Positions 35,917-38,729 of a DNA stretch of 38,729 nt are shown here, piece after piece. Origin of the DNA: a virus (lineage: Duplodnaviria > Caudoviricetes); the IMG/VR virus record IMGVR_UViG_3300029825_000438, positions 1 to 38,729 of that record; one strand, given 5' to 3'. A model generated the notes under the pieces. It saw only the letters and a list, made by a program, of their open reading frames with translations. It had not been told where the DNA came from and did not search any database. The stretch's first letter is position 1, and every line of letters begins with the position of its first letter. The translations under genes were made by a program, and so were the position numbers.

Positions 35917-36270
35917 TCAAACTCCTTTCAATTCACATTTAAAACGATATTTACAATCACTACAACTTTCTATATCATGAAAATTACAGAATATAAGGCC
36001 ATTACTTACTTGTATTCTTTCCCAGTCCACCATCTGTTTTTCAATAATATTTTCTGCCTTTATTATTTGGTCATTTAAAGGATTAAAAGGATCTTTCCAT
36101 GGTTTGGTTAATATTGGGCCGTCTGGTAGTTCTGCTGGAAATTCCTTTTCAGGATAGATTTCTTCCCATACTGTTTTGAGTTTAGCGTATCGTATCCACC
36201 ACATTTTTTCAAGTGGATTTAATTCGTGGAACTCATCAACCGTATCAACCCCATCAACCTCCTTATTCAT
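35917..36270 (-). CDS. Hypothetical protein with Cys-rich C-terminus (start uncertain)
   Basis: CxxHxxxxCxxCxxxxxC tail; 5' end lies in the repeat cluster. Confidence 0.6.
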   Translation of the reverse strand: MNKEVDGVDTVDEFHELNPLEKMWWIRYAKLKTVWEEIYPEKEFPAELPDGPILTKPWKDPFNPLNDQIIKAENIIEKQMVDWERIQVSNGLIFCNFHDIESCSDCKYRFKCELKGV

Positions 36271-36456
36271 CAACCTTATCAACCCCATCAACCTTACTTT
36301 TCACAACTTTTTTTCCCAGTATAACGTCCCTTCCATAGAAAATGGTTGATGAAAATGAAAAAGCAACCTTATCCATATTCAGACCAAACAAAACCCCCAG
36401 AATGCTCCGACCATCAACCATACTCGAAGGTTGATGGAGCATTATTAGGGTTGATG
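36234..36456. repeat. Iteron-like cluster of (C)ATCAACC, 10 copies; candidate replication origin
   Basis: 7 forward and 3 reverse copies immediately downstream of the helicase gene. Confidence 0.75.
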
Positions 36457-36465
36457 GAAAACTAT

Positions 36466-38475
36466 TCATTTACAATGACCTCCCTCTTCACAGAACGGGA
36501 AAATGAACTCAGTGAATTTAACTCGATTAACTCTGAGATGAGAACCACTAAAACCAGCACTCTTGATAGTCCCCTTACTATATTTCCAGCCCAATAAATC
36601 CCCTAATGATGGTAAGGATTCGTTAATACATTCTCTTTTCTTTAAAGCATTAAGAAAACCAGTAGTAATATAAACAGTATCATCAGCACCAAGCAAAGCC
36701 CATGAAAGCCGCCTGTGATTCAAAACGCTCCAAACAATTCCTTTGAAGTCTTTAGGCCCTTTAACATCGAATTTACTACTATAATCTTTTTTAGGCTTCC
36801 CTTCATCATCCATAATTTGGATACTACCAAAAGCCCGATTAATTTCCTCAACTAAAAAGTTCCTGATATTTTCTTTGTAAAGTTCATCAAGATCCACCAT
36901 ACTTTCAATTTCAATCCATTCCAGGATCCAATCTGGAGGTACTTTACCAGCTTCTACATACATCCTAGTAATGAGGTCATTGGTTAGCTCCTGCCAAGTA
37001 ATATCAAGTAGTTTAGGGTTGTTTAAGATTTCAATTGCCATGTACTGGCCTAATGGTTTAAGATCGTGTAGTGTGCATTGTTTGATGTTATCGAATTTGA
37101 AGTGTTTATCAAACTTCTCTTTTTGCTCTGGAGTTTTCCGTTCACTACGATAAAAAGGAATAGGCATAAAACGACGATTAAAAGCGTCTTCATTAGGATA
37201 TTTGTAATTAGATGTGAACATAAAACTGGCATAAGCGGGGATGGTCCGGTATCGTCGGCCTATATATTTCCCCCGGCTGGTTGTTTGCTCGATGGCTGTT
37301 TTTATCATTTCAGAAGGGCCTTTCCTTTCAAACAAAGCTCCCGGTTCATCAATTAGTATCGGGAATGTAAATTGTTTAAGCCGGTCCCCTATCCTAGCTT
37401 CAGTATCAAATCCACTTCCAGGGATCATGTTGCTATCGCTGTTAGGTTCGCCCCAAATATAAAGTACCATTTTCCCAAAAGTTGATTTTCCAGTTCCAGC
37501 ATTACCATAGCAGAAGGGTTTTCTTACCCATCCTCCTTTTTGTTTAATTGCAAAAATAAACGGACTTATAAGGCCCCATTTTAAAACAGTGGCTAATTGT
37601 ACTTTTTGGTTTGGGAAATAACTTGCAAAGTCTTCAAGGGTTTTTATAGCTTGTTGAAGTTCTTTTTTTGTTACTTCATCTTTGACTTCATATTTAATTG
37701 ATTGTAATTCTTCTTTATCGTTGAAATAGAAACCAGGACTTTCTATTTCTGTTTTCATCTCTGCTAATTGTTTTTTGATGAAGATGTTGAATGAGATTTT
37801 AACAGCGTCCTCACCTTCTCTTTTCTTGATAATATACCCCGATTCACTGAGTTTTGCAGCAATTTCTGGGGCTGTATCAGGCCCAATTGTGAGGGGATAT
37901 GGTCTTAATCTTGTACTCCACACTGATTTGAATTGTCGTGTTTCCTCTGCAACAGGATTATCATAAACTATTAATTCTTTGAGGGCTGCATCAATTATTT
38001 TAATATCATTATGATTTTCGTCGCCCTTTCGAGTGTAGGTGATTATCTCTTTGAAGGTTTCACTTTTTTCTGGATCTATAACTATGTAAACGCTGTCTTC
38101 TATCCTTTCGCTTAATGATCCAAGGTGTTTAGGTACTGAAATTCTTCTAAGAATTTCTTCTTCTATCAAAGGGGCGTCTTCCGGTGTTTCTCCTGATTCT
38201 ATAAGTATTTCACCTATTGTTTCTTTGGTGGTTGCGTATTGGTAATAGACTTTTTTAAGGGTGTCAATATCCCCCTTTAGTCCCTCAAAAAGATTACTTG
38301 CACTGTCTAAATTGATGTACTCTTTGTATAATTCTTGAGCCAGAATTAAACTGGCTTTTTGATTATTAAATTTAAATACTTTGTTTAACAGTTTTTTAAT
38401 GTGTTTTGCATCTTTTTCTTTAATAAATCGTCCATCTGACATTTCACTGTTGGTGTTTTCGGTTATTAAGAGCAT
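36466..38475 (-). CDS. Replicative P-loop ATPase/helicase (SF3/DUF927-like)
   Basis: GNAGTGKST Walker A, ILIDE Walker B, FTSN sensor, NRRF arginine finger. Confidence 0.75.
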   Translation of the reverse strand: MLLITENTNSEMSDGRFIKEKDAKHIKKLLNKVFKFNNQKASLILAQELYKEYINLDSASNLFEGLKGDIDTLKKVYYQYATTKETIGEILIESGETPEDAPLIEEEILRRISVPKHLGSLSERIEDSVYIVIDPEKSETFKEIITYTRKGDENHNDIKIIDAALKELIVYDNPVAEETRQFKSVWSTRLRPYPLTIGPDTAPEIAAKLSESGYIIKKREGEDAVKISFNIFIKKQLAEMKTEIESPGFYFNDKEELQSIKYEVKDEVTKKELQQAIKTLEDFASYFPNQKVQLATVLKWGLISPFIFAIKQKGGWVRKPFCYGNAGTGKSTFGKMVLYIWGEPNSDSNMIPGSGFDTEARIGDRLKQFTFPILIDEPGALFERKGPSEMIKTAIEQTTSRGKYIGRRYRTIPAYASFMFTSNYKYPNEDAFNRRFMPIPFYRSERKTPEQKEKFDKHFKFDNIKQCTLHDLKPLGQYMAIEILNNPKLLDITWQELTNDLITRMYVEAGKVPPDWILEWIEIESMVDLDELYKENIRNFLVEEINRAFGSIQIMDDEGKPKKDYSSKFDVKGPKDFKGIVWSVLNHRRLSWALLGADDTVYITTGFLNALKKRECINESLPSLGDLLGWKYSKGTIKSAGFSGSHLRVNRVKFTEFIFPFCEEGGHCK

Positions 38476-38494
38476 CACCCCCTCCTTGTAAAAT

Positions 38495-38588
38495 AATTAA
38501 ATAAAAAGGGATGAACCCTTAGATTTTCAGCATAACCGTGTATTTGTTGGTGATGATGTCTTCGAGGTTAGCACGTCTGAGGTTAGCA
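38495..38588. repeat. Terminal direct overlap, right copy
   Basis: Identical to 1-94. Confidence 0.95.
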
Positions 38589-38729
38589 CGTCTGAGGTCA
38601 GCATCTTCGAGGTTAGCACCTATGAGGTTAGCACCCATGAGGTTAGCACCTTCGAGGTCAGCACCTATGAGGTTAGCACCTTCGAGGTTAGCATCTTCGA
38701 GGTTAGCACGTCTGAGGTTAGCACCTATG
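38519..38729 (-). CDS. Pentapeptide-repeat protein 3' end, long allele (partial, cut by window end)
   Basis: Same C-terminus ([13 protein letters not shown]) with at least 11 repeat units. Confidence 0.75.
   Translation of the reverse strand, partial: IGANLRRANLEDANLEGANLIGADLEGANLMGANLIGANLEDADLRRANLRRANLEDIITNKYTVMLKI
38559..38729. repeat. 15-bp tandem array, 11 units plus a partial unit
   Basis: Directly visible. Confidence 0.95.

Larger units (their letters stand above)
1..38729 (-). mobile_element. Near-complete genome of a tailed archaeal virus (siphovirus morphology), probable Methanobacteriales host
   Basis: Full terminase-portal-protease-MCP-tail-tape measure-endolysin set; end overlap; archaeal promoters and SD sequences; cell-wall peptidase domains of the type seen in pseudomurein-targeting enzymes. 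Confidence 0.93.

Noticed and set aside
36263-36469. 68-aa ORF after the helicase
   Set aside because: Runs through the iteron cluster; composition dictated by the repeats
231-37966. Numerous plus-strand ORFs in the track
   Set aside because: Antisense shadows of well-supported minus-strand genes; no SDs or motifs

Overview
The window is an essentially complete (~38.5 kb) genome of a tailed, siphovirus-like archaeal virus. The host is most likely a pseudomurein-walled methanogen (Methanobacteriales). This is inferred from archaeal TTTATA promoters, GGTGA/GGAGG ribosome-binding sites, a TFIIB-type Zn ribbon, DUF11 adhesin domains, a C39 endolysin and a transglutaminase-like domain on the tape measure. 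The ends overlap (1-94 = 38495-38588) and then diverge inside a 15-bp pentapeptide-repeat array. Almost all genes are on the minus strand. Read from ~8970 downwards and round the circle, the order is: (1) an operon of acidic small proteins plus AbrB; (2) RHH plus a large m6A MTase; (3) an integrase-like fragment and a divergent AbrB; (4) early, recombination and replication genes (SSB-like, Rad52/Sak-like, pentapeptide protein, helicase, iteron cluster); (5) Zn-finger genes and two tandem MTases; (6) terminase, portal, gp7/F, protease, MCP; (7) glycosyltransferase plus methyltransferase; (8) neck and tail genes; (9) endolysin. Two observations stand out. First, a GT32 glycosyltransferase/SAM-methyltransferase cassette sits in the head operon behind an MCP that ends in a Ser-rich GSSGSSG tail, suggesting capsid glycosylation. 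Second, a 2.2-kb zone lacks GATC/GGCC/CTAG/GTAC/CCGG sites and carries strongly acidic, Ocr-like candidate anti-defence proteins, suggesting a first-injected region. Also notable are an apparent +1 frameshift joining two paralogous tail-chaperone domains, several probable non-AUG starts, and two alleles of the pentapeptide array. All family calls come from motif recognition by eye, not from database searches.
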